Assembly (NCBI GenBank): GCA_031262385.1
Contig: JAISHU010000024.1
Coordinates: 318-64,317 of the forward strand
Source of the DNA: Mediterranea sp.
GTDB taxonomy: Bacteria; Bacteroidota; Bacteroidia; Bacteroidales; Bacteroidaceae
Length of the DNA stretch: 64,000 bases
Reading direction: 5' to 3'
Made by a program: the position numbers and the translations under genes. Below the pieces are notes generated by a model. The model was given only the letters and a program-made list of their open reading frames with translations, was not told the DNA's origin and searched no databases. This document shows positions 1 through 11,143 of this stretch, piece after piece. Each line of letters starts with the position of its first letter. The stretch's first letter is position 1.

Positions 1-2
1 TT

Positions 3-1223
3 GCACTGTGGTTTGCAGCCTCCGGAGTGGCACCGGCACAAAGCCAATCGTTTAACTATGCGCCCAATTACAAACAGCTCAAGGTGGATGCTTCGCGGCT
101 TGGACGGATTGACAATTTGCTGCAAGAGTATGTCGACAAAGGCATCATTCCGCATGCCCTTACGTTTGTGGCGAAAAACGGGCAGGTGATACACAACAAA
201 ACATTTGGCTTCCGCAACGTAGAGAAGCAGATACCGCTTCAGAAAGACGACATCTTCCGGATGTATTCGCAAACAAAAGCCATTGTGACGGTAGCCTTGA
301 TGACCCTGTTCGAACAAGGTAAATACCAACTCGACGACCCGGTGTCGCTGTATATCCCAGAAATGACCGACCGCGTGGTGGCGGACGGCGAAAATCCGCG
401 TGCACTGAATCCCGAAACACGCAAAGCTAAGTCGCCTGTGCTGATTCGTCACCTTATGAGTCACACTTCGGGTATCTCGCACATACGCACTGCTCCCAAT
501 ACGCCGCCTCGCAACTATGCCACACTGGGCGAGTATGTAAAAGAGTTGGTGCAGGCACCTCTTGCTTACGACCCCGGCACAGGCTATAACTATCATCCTG
601 CGCTGGATGTGGTTGCTTATCTGGTGGAATACTTTTCGGGGAAGACGCTGCAAGAATATCTCAAGGAAGCTGTCTTCGAGCCGTTGGGAATCAAAGATAT
701 GGCTTACTACTACGCTCCGTCGGTCGCCGAACGTTTCGTTACTATCTATCGTGAGCAAGACGGTAAGATTGTACCCATTGAGATGTGGAGCGGTCGCAAT
801 CCGTTTGACGAAGACCATCGGTTTGCCCAAGGCGGTACGGGCTTGAACGGCACCATTGAAGGATATGCACGCTTCTGCCAGATGATACTCAACGGTGGTA
901 CTTTCAACGGCAAACGTATCTTGGGACGGCGCACCATTGAGGTAATGGCGAAGAATCAGATTAAGGCTCCCGCCGAACTTGCCGATAACTTCCGCTTCGG
1001 GTTGGGATTCCAAATCTATCAAGGTAAGAGCGACAATTGGGAAGTACGGCGCGACGACAGTCCCATGGTTTCGGGCGGCGCTTTGTCGTGGGGAGGCTTT
1101 GCCAATACGGACTATATCATAGATCCGAGCGAGAACATGATTATCCTATTATACACCAACCGCATTCCCGACACACGCGTGTGGGAGAAGTTCCTGAATA
1201 CCGTATATCAAGCATTGGAATAA
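3..1223 (+). CDS. Serine hydrolase, beta-lactamase/class C-like family (5' end lies before the window)
   Basis: SxxK motif (YSQTK), LMSHTSG and WGG motifs. The frame is open from base 3 and reads like the tail of a signal peptide (ALWFAASGVAPAQ). Confidence 0.85.
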   Translation, partial: ALWFAASGVAPAQSQSFNYAPNYKQLKVDASRLGRIDNLLQEYVDKGIIPHALTFVAKNGQVIHNKTFGFRNVEKQIPLQKDDIFRMYSQTKAIVTVALMTLFEQGKYQLDDPVSLYIPEMTDRVVADGENPRALNPETRKAKSPVLIRHLMSHTSGISHIRTAPNTPPRNYATLGEYVKELVQAPLAYDPGTGYNYHPALDVVAYLVEYFSGKTLQEYLKEAVFEPLGIKDMAYYYAPSVAERFVTIYREQDGKIVPIEMWSGRNPFDEDHRFAQGGTGLNGTIEGYARFCQMILNGGTFNGKRILGRRTIEVMAKNQIKAPAELADNFRFGLGFQIYQGKSDNWEVRRDDSPMVSGGALSWGGFANTDYIIDPSENMIILLYTNRIPDTRVWEKFLNTVYQALE

Positions 1224-1292
1224 CCGACCGGTGTTCATAATTCGCAATTAAGCATTACCTTTGTCGTTTATTAATCAACGTAACCCTATCCA

Positions 1293-3902
1293 GTGAAAGA
1301 AGATATTACACTTACCCCCATGATGAAGCAGTTTCTCGAATTGAAAGCCCAGCATCCCGATGCGGTGCTGCTGTTTCGTTGTGGGGACTTCTACGAAACC
1401 TATTCCACCGACGCTGTTGTAGCGTCCGAAATATTGGGCATTACGCTCACCAAACGCAACAACGGTCAGGCAAAAACCATCGAAATGGCGGGTTTCCCTC
1501 ATCATGCCCTCGACAACTATCTTCCCAAACTGATACGGGCAGGTAAGCGCGTAGCTATCTGCGACCAACTGGAAGACCCCAAGCTCACCAAAAAGTTGGT
1601 GAAACGCGGTATTACCGAGTTGGTAACGCCCGGCGTATCTATCAACGACAACATACTGAATAATCGTGAGAACAACTGGCTTGCCGCCGTACATATGGCA
1701 CGGGGTGTGTGCGGCGTCTCCTTTATGGATATTTCTACCGGTGAGTTTCTGGTAGCCGAAGGGTCGTTCGACTACGTAGATAAACTGCTGAGTAACTTTG
1801 TACCCAAAGAGGTGCTGTTTGAACGCGGCAAACGGAGTATGTTCGAGGAAAATTTCGGTAACAAATACCTCTACTTCGAGTTGGAAGACTGGGTATTTAC
1901 CGAACAGACTGCCCGCGAACGACTGTTGAAGCAGTTTGAAACGAAGAACCTGAAAGGTTTTGGTGTGGAAGAACTCAAAAACGGTATCCTTGCTGCGGGT
2001 GCCATTTTGCAATACCTCATTATGACGCAGCATACCCAGATTGGGCATGTCACCGCACTGTCGCGTATCGAAGAAGACCGTTACGTGCGGGTGGATAAGT
2101 TTACCGTGCGCAACCTCGAACTACTGGGTAGTATCAACGAAGGCGGCAGCAGTCTGCTCTCGGTGATAGACAAAACCATTACGCCTATGGGTGCACGTTT
2201 GTTGCGGCGTTGGCTGGTGTTTCCCTTAAAAGAGATACACCCAATCAACGAGCGACTGGATGTGGTGGAATACTTTTTCCGTCAGCCCGATTTCAAAGAG
2301 AATATAGAAGAACAACTGCACTTTATCGGTGACTTGGAACGCATCATCTCCAAAGCTGCCGTGGGGCGCATTTCGCCGCGCGAAGTAGTGGCGCTGAAGT
2401 CGGCTTTGCAGGCTATCGAACCGATTAAAAAAGCATGTGCGGAAGCCGATAATGCCGCACTCAACCGCATCGGCGAACAACTCAACCCTTGTCGTCTGAT
2501 ACGCGAACGCATCGAACGCGAAATCGTGCCCGACCCGCCGTTGCTGATTAACAAAGGTAATGTGATGCAGTCGGGTGTAAACGACGAGTTGGACGAATTG
2601 CGCCGCATTGCCTATTCGGGCAAAGACTATCTGTTGCAACTGCAACAGCGCGAAAGCGAGTTGTCGGGCATTCCCAGTTTGAAGATAGCCTACAACAATG
2701 TATTCGGCTACTATCTGGAGGTACGCAATGCCTACAAGGATAAGGTGCCGCAGGAATGGATTCGCAAACAAACACTGGTAAATGCCGAGCGTTACATCAC
2801 CCCCGAACTGAAAGAGTACGAAGAGAAGATTTTGGGAGCCGAAGATAAGATAGCGGCATTGGAGACGCGACTTTATACCGAACTGGTGCAAGCCTTGGTA
2901 GAGTTTATTCCCGCCATTCAGGTCAACGCCATACAGATTGCAAGATTGGACTGCCTGCTTGCCTTTGCCAACGTAGCCCGGCAGAACAACTATATCCGTC
3001 CGAGGATAGAAGATAACGATGTGCTGAATATCAAAGGCGGTCGGCATCCGGTAATCGAAAAACAACTGCCGCCGGGCGATAAGTACATTGCCAACGATGT
3101 AATGCTGGACAGCAAAACGCAACAAATCATTATCATTACCGGACCGAATATGGCGGGTAAGTCGGCGCTGCTGCGACAAACCGCCCTCATCACGCTCATG
3201 GCACAGATTGGCTGCTTCGTTCCTGCCGAGAGTGCTTCCGTCGGGCTGGTCGACAAGATATTTACCCGTGTGGGTGCCAGCGATAACATATCGGTGGGCG
3301 AATCTACCTTCATGGTCGAAATGAATGAGGCTGCCGACATCCTCAATAACCTTTCGCCACGTAGCTTGGTGCTGTTCGACGAGTTGGGACGCGGCACTTC
3401 TACGTACGACGGCATCTCCATAGCTTGGGCGATTGTGGAATACATACACGAACATCCCAAAGGCAAGGCGCGTACCCTCTTTGCTACGCACTATCACGAA
3501 CTGAACGAAATGGAGAAGAGTTTCCCGCGCATTAAGAACTACAACGTATCGGTACGCGAGGTGGACAACCGCGTTATCTTCTTGCGTAAGCTCGAACCCG
3601 GCGGCAGCGAACATTCGTTCGGTATTCACGTGGCACGCATGGCGGGTATGCCCAAGAGCATCGTAAAACGTGCCGACGAGATATTGAAGCAACTTGAAAC
3701 CGACAGTCAGGGCATAGCAGGTAAGCCATTGACCGAAGTAGGCGAGACGCGCGGTGGCATGCAACTGAGCTTTTTCCAGTTGGACGACCCCGTGCTAAGC
3801 CAGATTCGCGACGAGATATTAAAACTCGATATCGACAACATGGCACCGCTGCAAGCACTCAATAAACTCAACGACATTCGCCGCATTCTGAAAGGAAAAT
3901 AG
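1293..3902 (+). CDS. mutS: DNA mismatch repair protein MutS
   Basis: TPMMKQF..GDFYE N-terminus, Walker [32 protein letters not shown]. Confidence 0.98.
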   Translation: MKEDITLTPMMKQFLELKAQHPDAVLLFRCGDFYETYSTDAVVASEILGITLTKRNNGQAKTIEMAGFPHHALDNYLPKLIRAGKRVAICDQLEDPKLTKKLVKRGITELVTPGVSINDNILNNRENNWLAAVHMARGVCGVSFMDISTGEFLVAEGSFDYVDKLLSNFVPKEVLFERGKRSMFEENFGNKYLYFELEDWVFTEQTARERLLKQFETKNLKGFGVEELKNGILAAGAILQYLIMTQHTQIGHVTALSRIEEDRYVRVDKFTVRNLELLGSINEGGSSLLSVIDKTITPMGARLLRRWLVFPLKEIHPINERLDVVEYFFRQPDFKENIEEQLHFIGDLERIISKAAVGRISPREVVALKSALQAIEPIKKACAEADNAALNRIGEQLNPCRLIRERIEREIVPDPPLLINKGNVMQSGVNDELDELRRIAYSGKDYLLQLQQRESELSGIPSLKIAYNNVFGYYLEVRNAYKDKVPQEWIRKQTLVNAERYITPELKEYEEKILGAEDKIAALETRLYTELVQALVEFIPAIQVNAIQIARLDCLLAFANVARQNNYIRPRIEDNDVLNIKGGRHPVIEKQLPPGDKYIANDVMLDSKTQQIIIITGPNMAGKSALLRQTALITLMAQIGCFVPAESASVGLVDKIFTRVGASDNISVGESTFMVEMNEAADILNNLSPRSLVLFDELGRGTSTYDGISIAWAIVEYIHEHPKGKARTLFATHYHELNEMEKSFPRIKNYNVSVREVDNRVIFLRKLEPGGSEHSFGIHVARMAGMPKSIVKRADEILKQLETDSQGIAGKPLTEVGETRGGMQLSFFQLDDPVLSQIRDEILKLDIDNMAPLQALNKLNDIRRILKGK

Positions 3903-4029
3903 CAAAAAAAGTGTCCGATGTTACGGGTACGACAATTCTTGTTACACGGCGTATAGTGACGAAAGCACTGTATGCCGTATCTTTGCCGTCATCAACAAGT
4001 AAATGTTAATCATTAAAACTACTCTGTAT

Positions 4030-7000
4030 ATGAAAGCAAAGAAATTCTTATGTCTGCTTGCACTTTGTCTATTGGCAACACTGCCCGTCGACGGCAAAGT
4101 ACGGTTACCCCAACTTATCAGCGACGGCATCGTCTTTCAGCGCAATGCCCCTATTTGTGTGTGGGGGTGGGCTGACCCGGGCGAACGTATCACCCTTACT
4201 TTCTTAAATAAAACCTACAAAGCGCGCGCCGATAAAAAAGGCGAGTGGAAGGTTATGCTGCCTGCACAAGCGGCGGGCGGACCTTATACTCTGACCGTAA
4301 ACGAGCACACCGTGAACAATATTTTGATTGGTGAAGTGTGGCTCTGTTCCGGACAATCGAACATGGAAACCCCCATGGGACGTGTGGCGGAAATGTTCCC
4401 CGAAGAGATTGCTTCAATCAACAATCCCATGATACACCATTTCAAAACCGTGCTTCATTACGATGTAAATGGCACCGAAGATGACCTGAAAGGCGAATGG
4501 AAGGAGGCAACTCCCGATAATATTCTTGCTTTCTCGGCTACCGCCTACTTCTTCGGAAAGTATCTGTACGAACACTTCAAGGTACCTATCGGCTTGTTCA
4601 ATTCCAGTGTGGGAGGTTCTCCCATAGAAGCATGGCTTAGTCCCGAAGCTGCAAAAACATTCCCCGACCTTGCCCGCCAACTCGCGCAACTTACCGACCG
4701 CGCACTACAAGACAGTGTCCGCAATGCCCTGCGCGAAGCACGCGCCAATGCACCCCGTACGACGCCTCCCGTTGATGCGGGTGCCGGAAAGTGGCTGCTT
4801 GCCGACTGGGACGATGCGGATTGGCAACACGTCTATCTGCCCGGCTATTGGGGAGAGAAAGGAGTGGCTTTTCGCAACGGCGTGATATGGCTGCGCAAAA
4901 CCGTAGAGGTGCCTGCTTCGTGGGAAGGAAAGGCGGGCTATCTACGCATGGGAACGATGATAGAGAGTGATTCGGCTTTTGTGAACGGACACTACGTGGG
5001 AAGTACCGGTTATCAGTATCCGCCGCGTAAGTATGCTGTTCCGGCAGGTGTGCTCAAAGCCGGAAAGAATGTGATTGTGGTTCGTATGGCAGGCAATAAC
5101 CGGGGCGGATTGGTAGAAGAAAAACCCTACAAGCTGCTGGTAGGCGACGAAAGCATCGACCTTACCGGAGACTGGAAATATCGCGTGGGGCACGATGCAC
5201 CGCCGCCTTCCATGATGCCTCCGCGTGGTAGAACGGCTGTGCGGATGCCGCCTACACCGGGACAAAACAGTCCGACTGCACTCTACAATACCATGGTAGC
5301 ACCGGCACGTCACTACACAGTGAAAGGAGTGGTGTGGTATCAGGGTGAAGCGAATGCCGGGCAAACCAATTACGGAGAACGTTTTAAGGCACTGACCGAT
5401 ACGTGGCGAACGACCTTTGGTAATCCTACATTGCCTGTGGTATATGTGCAGTTGCCCAACTTTATGAAACCCGAACGTTATCAGGAACGCAGCAGTTGGG
5501 CGGTGACGCGCGATGTTCAGCGCCGTTCGCTCAGCCTGCCGCATGTAGGCATGATTGTGACGCTCGGACTGGGTGAATGGAACGACATTCATCCGCTCAA
5601 TAAACGCGACGTGGGATATAGATTGGCTTTGCAGGCACGTCGCGTAGCTTACGGTGAGACAGGATTTGTAAGTCGCTCGCCGCTACCGGTTAAAGTTGAG
5701 ACCGGCGTGGCGGGCGACCTCGTGTTGACGTTCGATACCGACGGTTCGCAATTGTATGTCAACTCGCGTTTGCGCGGATTCTTTGTGGCGGGTGCCGACG
5801 GTAAATATGCCGAGGCTGAGGCTACGCCGATAGCATATAATAAGGTGAAGGTGTGGAGCAACGCCATACCGCAACCGGTATCGGTGCGTTATGCGTGGGC
5901 GGATAATCCCATGGATGCCAACCTGATAAATGCTGAAGGAATGCCTGTCGGAACTTTCGAAGAGAAGATAACGCTACCCGTACAAAAACCGTTGCCATTG
6001 GTGTACGATGTCGAAAACAGAGGAGTTACTTTCCCGGTGCCTTTGATGCCGCCGTTGGCACAGTTGCCCGTCGTAAAGACCTTACCCGATCCCTTTGCAT
6101 GGGCTGACGGCAGCGGACGTTCCACCGATTTTGACGATTGGAGCCGCCGACGTTCCGAAATCATTCGTATGTTAGAGCACTACGAGATAGGGCAGAAACC
6201 TATCGTCAACCGTAGCGATATACGTGCCCGAATGGAGGGCGATACGTTGGTTGCCGAAATTACGCGGGGCGGAGAAACCTTGCGATTGACGGCACATATC
6301 ACTTATCCTGCAGGCGGTACGGCACCTTATCCTGCCATTATCGGCATAGGTATGGGAAGCGGCAGTTTGCCCGCCGACATATTTGCCGACCGCAACATCG
6401 CACAAATAGCGTTCAACTTCACTCAGGTGATGTCGCACACGCAGAAGCGCGGCAGCGAACCAATCAACCGTCTCTATCCCGAACTGGAAGAAATAGGTGC
6501 TTACAGCGCTTGGCCGTGGGGCGTCAGTCGCATCATCGATGCACTGGAGATAGTGGGAGCCGACAGTCGTATTGACTTGAAACATCTGGCTGTGTCGGGC
6601 TGTTCGTTTGCAGGTAAAATGGCGCTTTTTGCCGGTGCACTCGACGAACGTATTGCGCTGACCATTGCACAAGAACCCGGTGGGGGAGGGGCTGCTGCTT
6701 GGCGTGTATCCGAAACATTGGGTAATGTAGAGACGCTGGGACGTACCAACTACGCATGGTTCTTGGAAAGCATGGCGCAATTCAAAGAAGAAAACGTGTC
6801 GCGTCTGCCTATCGACCACCACGAACTGTGTGCCTTGGTAGCTCCCCGTGCCTTGTTGATACTGGGTAATACCGATTACGAATGGCTTGCTGACGAGTCG
6901 GGTTATGTTTCGGCACGTGCTGCGCGCAAGGTATGGGAAACGTTCGGCATTTCCGACCGCATGGGTTACTCCATTGTGGGAGGTCATCCGCATTGCATGG

Positions 7001-7134
7001 TACCTGCCGTGCAACGCCCCGAGGTAGAAGCGTTTGTCGATAAGTTTCTGTTGGGTAAAACCGAAGCGGACACACGTGTTACCGTCGCTCCGCTGTTCGA
7101 GCAGGTCGATTACGCCAAGTGGATGCCGTGGTGA
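4030..7134 (+). CDS. Secreted two-catalytic-domain esterase: sialate O-acetylesterase-like SGNH domain plus CE15 glucuronoyl-esterase-like domain
   Basis: Signal peptide from ATG 4030. GEVWLCSGQSNM, WYQGEAN and DIHP in the N-terminal part; GCSFAGKMALFAGALDERIALTIAQEPGGGG and DHHEL in the C-terminal part. Confidence 0.8.
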   Translation: MKAKKFLCLLALCLLATLPVDGKVRLPQLISDGIVFQRNAPICVWGWADPGERITLTFLNKTYKARADKKGEWKVMLPAQAAGGPYTLTVNEHTVNNILIGEVWLCSGQSNMETPMGRVAEMFPEEIASINNPMIHHFKTVLHYDVNGTEDDLKGEWKEATPDNILAFSATAYFFGKYLYEHFKVPIGLFNSSVGGSPIEAWLSPEAAKTFPDLARQLAQLTDRALQDSVRNALREARANAPRTTPPVDAGAGKWLLADWDDADWQHVYLPGYWGEKGVAFRNGVIWLRKTVEVPASWEGKAGYLRMGTMIESDSAFVNGHYVGSTGYQYPPRKYAVPAGVLKAGKNVIVVRMAGNNRGGLVEEKPYKLLVGDESIDLTGDWKYRVGHDAPPPSMMPPRGRTAVRMPPTPGQNSPTALYNTMVAPARHYTVKGVVWYQGEANAGQTNYGERFKALTDTWRTTFGNPTLPVVYVQLPNFMKPERYQERSSWAVTRDVQRRSLSLPHVGMIVTLGLGEWNDIHPLNKRDVGYRLALQARRVAYGETGFVSRSPLPVKVETGVAGDLVLTFDTDGSQLYVNSRLRGFFVAGADGKYAEAEATPIAYNKVKVWSNAIPQPVSVRYAWADNPMDANLINAEGMPVGTFEEKITLPVQKPLPLVYDVENRGVTFPVPLMPPLAQLPVVKTLPDPFAWADGSGRSTDFDDWSRRRSEIIRMLEHYEIGQKPIVNRSDIRARMEGDTLVAEITRGGETLRLTAHITYPAGGTAPYPAIIGIGMGSGSLPADIFADRNIAQIAFNFTQVMSHTQKRGSEPINRLYPELEEIGAYSAWPWGVSRIIDALEIVGADSRIDLKHLAVSGCSFAGKMALFAGALDERIALTIAQEPGGGGAAAWRVSETLGNVETLGRTNYAWFLESMAQFKEENVSRLPIDHHELCALVAPRALLILGNTDYEWLADESGYVSARAARKVWETFGISDRMGYSIVGGHPHCMVPAVQRPEVEAFVDKFLLGKTEADTRVTVAPLFEQVDYAKWMPW

Positions 7135-7148
7135 CGGATGTGTAGCGG

Positions 7149-9173
7149 TTACAGCCGTAGCACTACGCGGTCGCCCAACTCTTTTGCCATTAGATTTTGC
7201 AGGCGGCGCAGTTCTTCGAGACGCTGAAGTAGTGTGTTGCAACTGGTGTCGTCGGCAGTTACGGCGGGGTCTTGCAGCATACGCATCAGGTGTTTCAGTT
7301 CCTGACTGACGATGGCATACTTAAAATCGGTTATCAGCAGGGGAACCAGTTCGTGTAGCCGTTCGTCGTCGCCTGTCAGCTTTTGTCCTTTGGAATGATA
7401 CTTACTTAGGTGATAGCGATTGCTCACTAAGTCGGTGCTTAGCTTGCTGACTTGCGGGTCGAGGTGTGCCAGAAAGAAGCGTTCGGCTACAAAAGCATCG
7501 TCTGTTACATGTTCGACAGCTTCGGTCAGCATGCGGCGGTGCAACGGGTTGTGAAACGCCAGTTCGTCCCGTTTCAAATCTTCCGTTACATATTCTATGA
7601 CGGTAAGGGCACGCTCGTTGCCTGCCTCATCCGTCAATCTGCACATCACGCGTTCGCCGTAGCGCACCACCATTTGCAGAATGGCGCGTTCGTACAGATA
7701 AAACTCTTCGCCTTCGGCACCCTCTTGGGGAATATACGAGGTGTATTCGCCTTCGCGGTCGGCTTCTTCTTCGTATATGTCGGAAGGCGGGAATACGGGT
7801 GCATTGTTTGACTCGGGCGACGTATGTCCGGTGACAACCGGTTTGGGTAAGGGCTTGTTGGCTTGTGTTTCGCGACGTTTGGCGACTTCGGATACCAGCA
7901 ATTTATCTTCTACACGTAGCAGTTGGGCACACTCCTTGATGTAGACATCGCGCACGATTGCTTCGGGGATAACCGAGATACTTTGTACCAAACTGTTGAT
8001 AAGTTCGGCACGTCGGATAGGATCTTTTCCCGCGTCCTCAAGCAGCAGATTGGTTTTGAAGCGTAAAAAATCCGTTTCGTGGTCGTCGATAAAACGGCGG
8101 AAGTCGGTCGAGTTATGCTTGCGTGCAAACGAGTCGGGGTCTTCGCCGTCGGGTAGCAGGCACACTTTGATATTCATACCCTCCTCAAGCAACATGTCGA
8201 TGCCGCGCAGCGATGCTTTGATACCTGCAACGTCGCCGTCGTAAAGCACGGTGATGTTATTGGTAAATCGGTGAATGAGTTTGATTTGTGCAGAGGTAAG
8301 TGCCGTACCCGACGAAGCTACCACGTTTTCCACTCCCGACTGGTGCATGGAGATAACGTCGGTATATCCTTCCACCAAGTAACAGCGGTCTTGTTTCACA
8401 ATGGCTTGTTTGGCAAAGTAGATGCCGTAGAGTTCGTTGCTTTTGTGATAGATTTCCGATTCGGGCGAGTTAACGTATTTCACTTTGACACCTTTGGTGG
8501 CACTGTTCAATACACGTCCGCCAAAGGCTATCACCTTACCCGACAGTGTGTGTACAGGAAAGATAACCCGTCCCCAAAAACGGTCGCGCAGGCGATGATC
8601 GTCCGTCTCGTAGCAAAGGCCGGTTTTCAGTAGGTATTCGCGTTTAAAACCCTTGTGTGTGGCTTCTTTCGCCAAGGCATCGTGGTTGTCGGTGCTGTAA
8701 CCCAACTGAAACTTTTCGATGATATCGTCCCTGAAACCCCGTTCGCGAAAGTACACCATACCAATATTTTGTCCGTCGGGGTGGTTTTTGAGGGTGTTTT
8801 GGAAGTAGTCGCGTGCGAAGTTGTTAATCACAAAAAGACTCTCGCGCTCACTCTGTGCAGCCTTCTCTTCGTTGCTCAGCTCGCGTTCCTTGATTTCTAT
8901 ACCATATTTTTTTGCCAGATAGCGCAGGGCGTCGGGGAAACTCACCTGCTCGTGCTCCATAATGAAGTGCACGGAGTTGCCTCCTTTGCCGCAAGCAAAG
9001 CATTTGCACAATCCCTTGGCGGGCGACACATAAAAAGAGGGCGTTTTATCGTCGTGAAACGGGCACAACCCCACGAAGTTTACTCCTCGTTTACGCAAAG
9101 TTACGAAGTCCGATACCACGTCCACTATCTGTGCCGCATCCTGAATGCGGTCTATGGTCATTTGATCTATCAT
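7149..9173 (-). CDS. dnaG: DNA primase
   Basis: CPFH...CFAC zinc finger and TOPRIM motifs VEGYTD and YDGD. Start set at ATG 9173 (MIDQ...), just after a -7 box. Confidence 0.97.
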   Translation of the reverse strand: MIDQMTIDRIQDAAQIVDVVSDFVTLRKRGVNFVGLCPFHDDKTPSFYVSPAKGLCKCFACGKGGNSVHFIMEHEQVSFPDALRYLAKKYGIEIKERELSNEEKAAQSERESLFVINNFARDYFQNTLKNHPDGQNIGMVYFRERGFRDDIIEKFQLGYSTDNHDALAKEATHKGFKREYLLKTGLCYETDDHRLRDRFWGRVIFPVHTLSGKVIAFGGRVLNSATKGVKVKYVNSPESEIYHKSNELYGIYFAKQAIVKQDRCYLVEGYTDVISMHQSGVENVVASSGTALTSAQIKLIHRFTNNITVLYDGDVAGIKASLRGIDMLLEEGMNIKVCLLPDGEDPDSFARKHNSTDFRRFIDDHETDFLRFKTNLLLEDAGKDPIRRAELINSLVQSISVIPEAIVRDVYIKECAQLLRVEDKLLVSEVAKRRETQANKPLPKPVVTGHTSPESNNAPVFPPSDIYEEEADREGEYTSYIPQEGAEGEEFYLYERAILQMVVRYGERVMCRLTDEAGNERALTVIEYVTEDLKRDELAFHNPLHRRMLTEAVEHVTDDAFVAERFFLAHLDPQVSKLSTDLVSNRYHLSKYHSKGQKLTGDDERLHELVPLLITDFKYAIVSQELKHLMRMLQDPAVTADDTSCNTLLQRLEELRRLQNLMAKELGDRVVLRL

Positions 9174-9254
9174 GCTTGCAAAGTTACACAATAAAGTCGC
9201 CGACTCAAAAAGGAAATGAGTTTCAGCTCTTCGGCGGCATTGCAAGAACTGCAC

Positions 9255-9812
9255 GACGCATTGCTTATCAAAGTGTCAAAACGTCAAACGAACCCTCAAA
9301 AAACGGGCTTATTTCGGACTAAAGTACGGCTCGGTGACTTTTATTGCCGTATAGCGCGTTAAACTATGTAAAATATGCTACTTAATTGGCATGCTCACAG
9401 AAAGATATGAGGAAATTATGTCAAAAAACAAAAAGCGTGTTCAGCGCGAAAAAACAGCCTCAAAAAGGACTTTATGAAATTATCCCGGCAAGTTAGCGCG
9501 ATAACTTGCCGGGATAACACAATAATTTGCCGGAATATACAGGCTAACTTGCCGAGATAATTTTCTAAGCCGGCAGTTGATTCGTTGTTTTTGCGTCGAC
9601 AGTTTGTTGTTTCCGTGCAGATGATTCGTTGTTTCTACGGAGTTGATTCGTTGTTTTCGCGGAGTTGGTTCGTTAAGTAGCGGGAGATAATGCATCGCGT
9701 GCGGTTTAAAGGCACGTTTTCTTCAAAGTGTGAGTTAGCTAAAAACAGGATATTGCGACATTATGATGCTTAAATAGGGGATAATGTGCTAATGTGTCAA
9801 TCTGCTAATGAG
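9255..9812 (+). repeat. ~560-bp dispersed intergenic element, copy 1
   Basis: Aligns by eye over its length with copies at 18595, 38869 and 51567. Starts near CAAAGTGTCAAAACGTCAAA and ends in AATGTGCT-like octamers and CTAATGAG. Confidence 0.95.
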
Positions 9813-9821
9813 GATTTTTTA

Positions 9822-11024
9822 TCAAAAACCTAAGCTTTCGAGTCCTGCCGCAGCATACCATGCACACTGTGGGTAGGCTTTGTCGTTAGTGGTTTGGTAA
9901 CCTGTAGGAATATAACACGATATGCCGTTGGCTCCTTCCATAGAGAAGATACCTCCGTAAGCGGAATAGTTTTTCGGAGTAGTTTCCCAATACGGAGAAG
10001 CCGCCGCATAAGCTATTTCCCATTGTGCGTAGGCGGCATCGTCGGTTAGTATGCTGCGCATCATGCCTGCCAAGTCGTAATAGCCTATGTGCCACGTACC
10101 GGTGCGCTTGTCGTAATCGAATGTTTGGTGAAGCAAAGGGATGTTAGCCGTATGTCCTGCCAAAAGTTGTCGGGTGGTGGCGGCAAGATCATTCAATTTC
10201 TCCGTATCAATCACCACTATCGAAGTACCTGTCACCCAGTTGGTGTTGGAGGGATGACCGCCGGTATATATGGCGGCATAGGGTTCGTAATATCCGGCGG
10301 CTACTGTGGTAGCTACGTTGGTGTTGGCGGTAAACAAAGCAGGAACTAACTTGTCGTACATCGCACCCGGTCCGGGTATCTCGGTAGGCGAAGCTATGAT
10401 GTAATCGGTGTAGGAGCGCAACTCGTACGCTACCTCTATCGAAGCCATGAAGCAGGCATCAAACAGCAAGAAGTCGAGGTGGGGCGCACTTTGCAGAATC
10501 TTGGTAAAGTCGGAGATGTTCATCTTGTTATTACTGTTACCTCCGGTATCTTGTCCTACCCAGCGGGTATTTTGGTCGGGGGCTATTGCCCAGCCTTCGC
10601 CGTGCGACCAGTAAACCAGTCCGTAACTGTCGGCTTGATATTGAGGAGCGTTGAAAGCATCGGATAAAACTTCTTTGGTTTCGTTTACTCCCACAGAGTT
10701 GCGGTTGGTTTCGTAGGTTCGCACGACCGATTCTACTACCTGACCATTCTGTTGCTTTATCTCTATAAGGCGCGGAGCAGTGTTGGAGGAGTTAATATCC
10801 ATATAGACCAATAGGTGTATGTCGCTGTTGGTCAGTTTACCGAATCCGCTTTTTATTTCGTTCAAATCGTCGGAAGCAAAATTGGAGAGGCTATTGTCCG
10901 CAGCCATATACACCAACACGGTACGGCTTGCGCGGGGTGTGGGTGTGGGTTCGTCGTTGTTGCGGCATGCCACCAATAGAAAAGACAAACATAGCCATGC
11001 GGCTATGAGGTATTTACATTTCAT
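9822..11024 (-). CDS. Clostripain-family (C11) cysteine peptidase, lipoprotein
   Basis: Lipobox LVAC, RTVLVYMAADNSL, catalytic WSHG and FDACFM. Confidence 0.9.
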   Translation of the reverse strand: MKCKYLIAAWLCLSFLLVACRNNDEPTPTPRASRTVLVYMAADNSLSNFASDDLNEIKSGFGKLTNSDIHLLVYMDINSSNTAPRLIEIKQQNGQVVESVVRTYETNRNSVGVNETKEVLSDAFNAPQYQADSYGLVYWSHGEGWAIAPDQNTRWVGQDTGGNSNNKMNISDFTKILQSAPHLDFLLFDACFMASIEVAYELRSYTDYIIASPTEIPGPGAMYDKLVPALFTANTNVATTVAAGYYEPYAAIYTGGHPSNTNWVTGTSIVVIDTEKLNDLAATTRQLLAGHTANIPLLHQTFDYDKRTGTWHIGYYDLAGMMRSILTDDAAYAQWEIAYAAASPYWETTPKNYSAYGGIFSMEGANGISCYIPTGYQTTNDKAYPQCAWYAAAGLESLGF

Positions 11025-11143
11025 CTTTTAAGTCCTTCTTTTAGTTAACGAAAAGGGGTATTACAAAAAAGAGGGCAGGGAGATGACCTTATCTATCTCC
11101 GTACCCTCTCTGTTTATTATGATCTTCGTTGTGTATGCAATTT

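Noticed and set aside
2226-3764. Long antisense ORFs (e.g. 2226-3764, 27370-28356, 33355-34350, 61378-62646)
   Set aside because: They are shadows of well-supported genes on the opposite strand, with no recognisable motifs.
9418-9477. 19-aa basic peptide MSKNKKRVQREKTASKRTL with a GAGGA upstream, inside the element
   Set aside because: Copy 2 has TAA at codon 5, and GAGGA is not kept in copies 2 and 4.
9480-9690. CRISPR interpretation of the internal arrays
   Set aside because: The period is only 21-22 bp, the intervening bases are shared between copies rather than unique spacers, and there are no cas genes.
9480-9695. 71-aa ORF (MHYLPLLNEPTPRKQRIN...) recurring at 9480-9695, 18720-18935 and 51783-51998
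   Set aside because: It is the repeat arrays read in one frame. Copy 3 lacks the start and has an in-frame TGA, many differences between copies change amino acids, and a 22-bp period does not respect codons. It is probably not protein-coding.
9269-9731. CAAAGTGT direct repeat or weak subterminal inverted repeat as the element's TSD or TIR
   Set aside because: Homology between copies extends beyond these motifs, the second CAAAGTGT is not conserved in copies 2-4, and the inverted match is only about 11/17.
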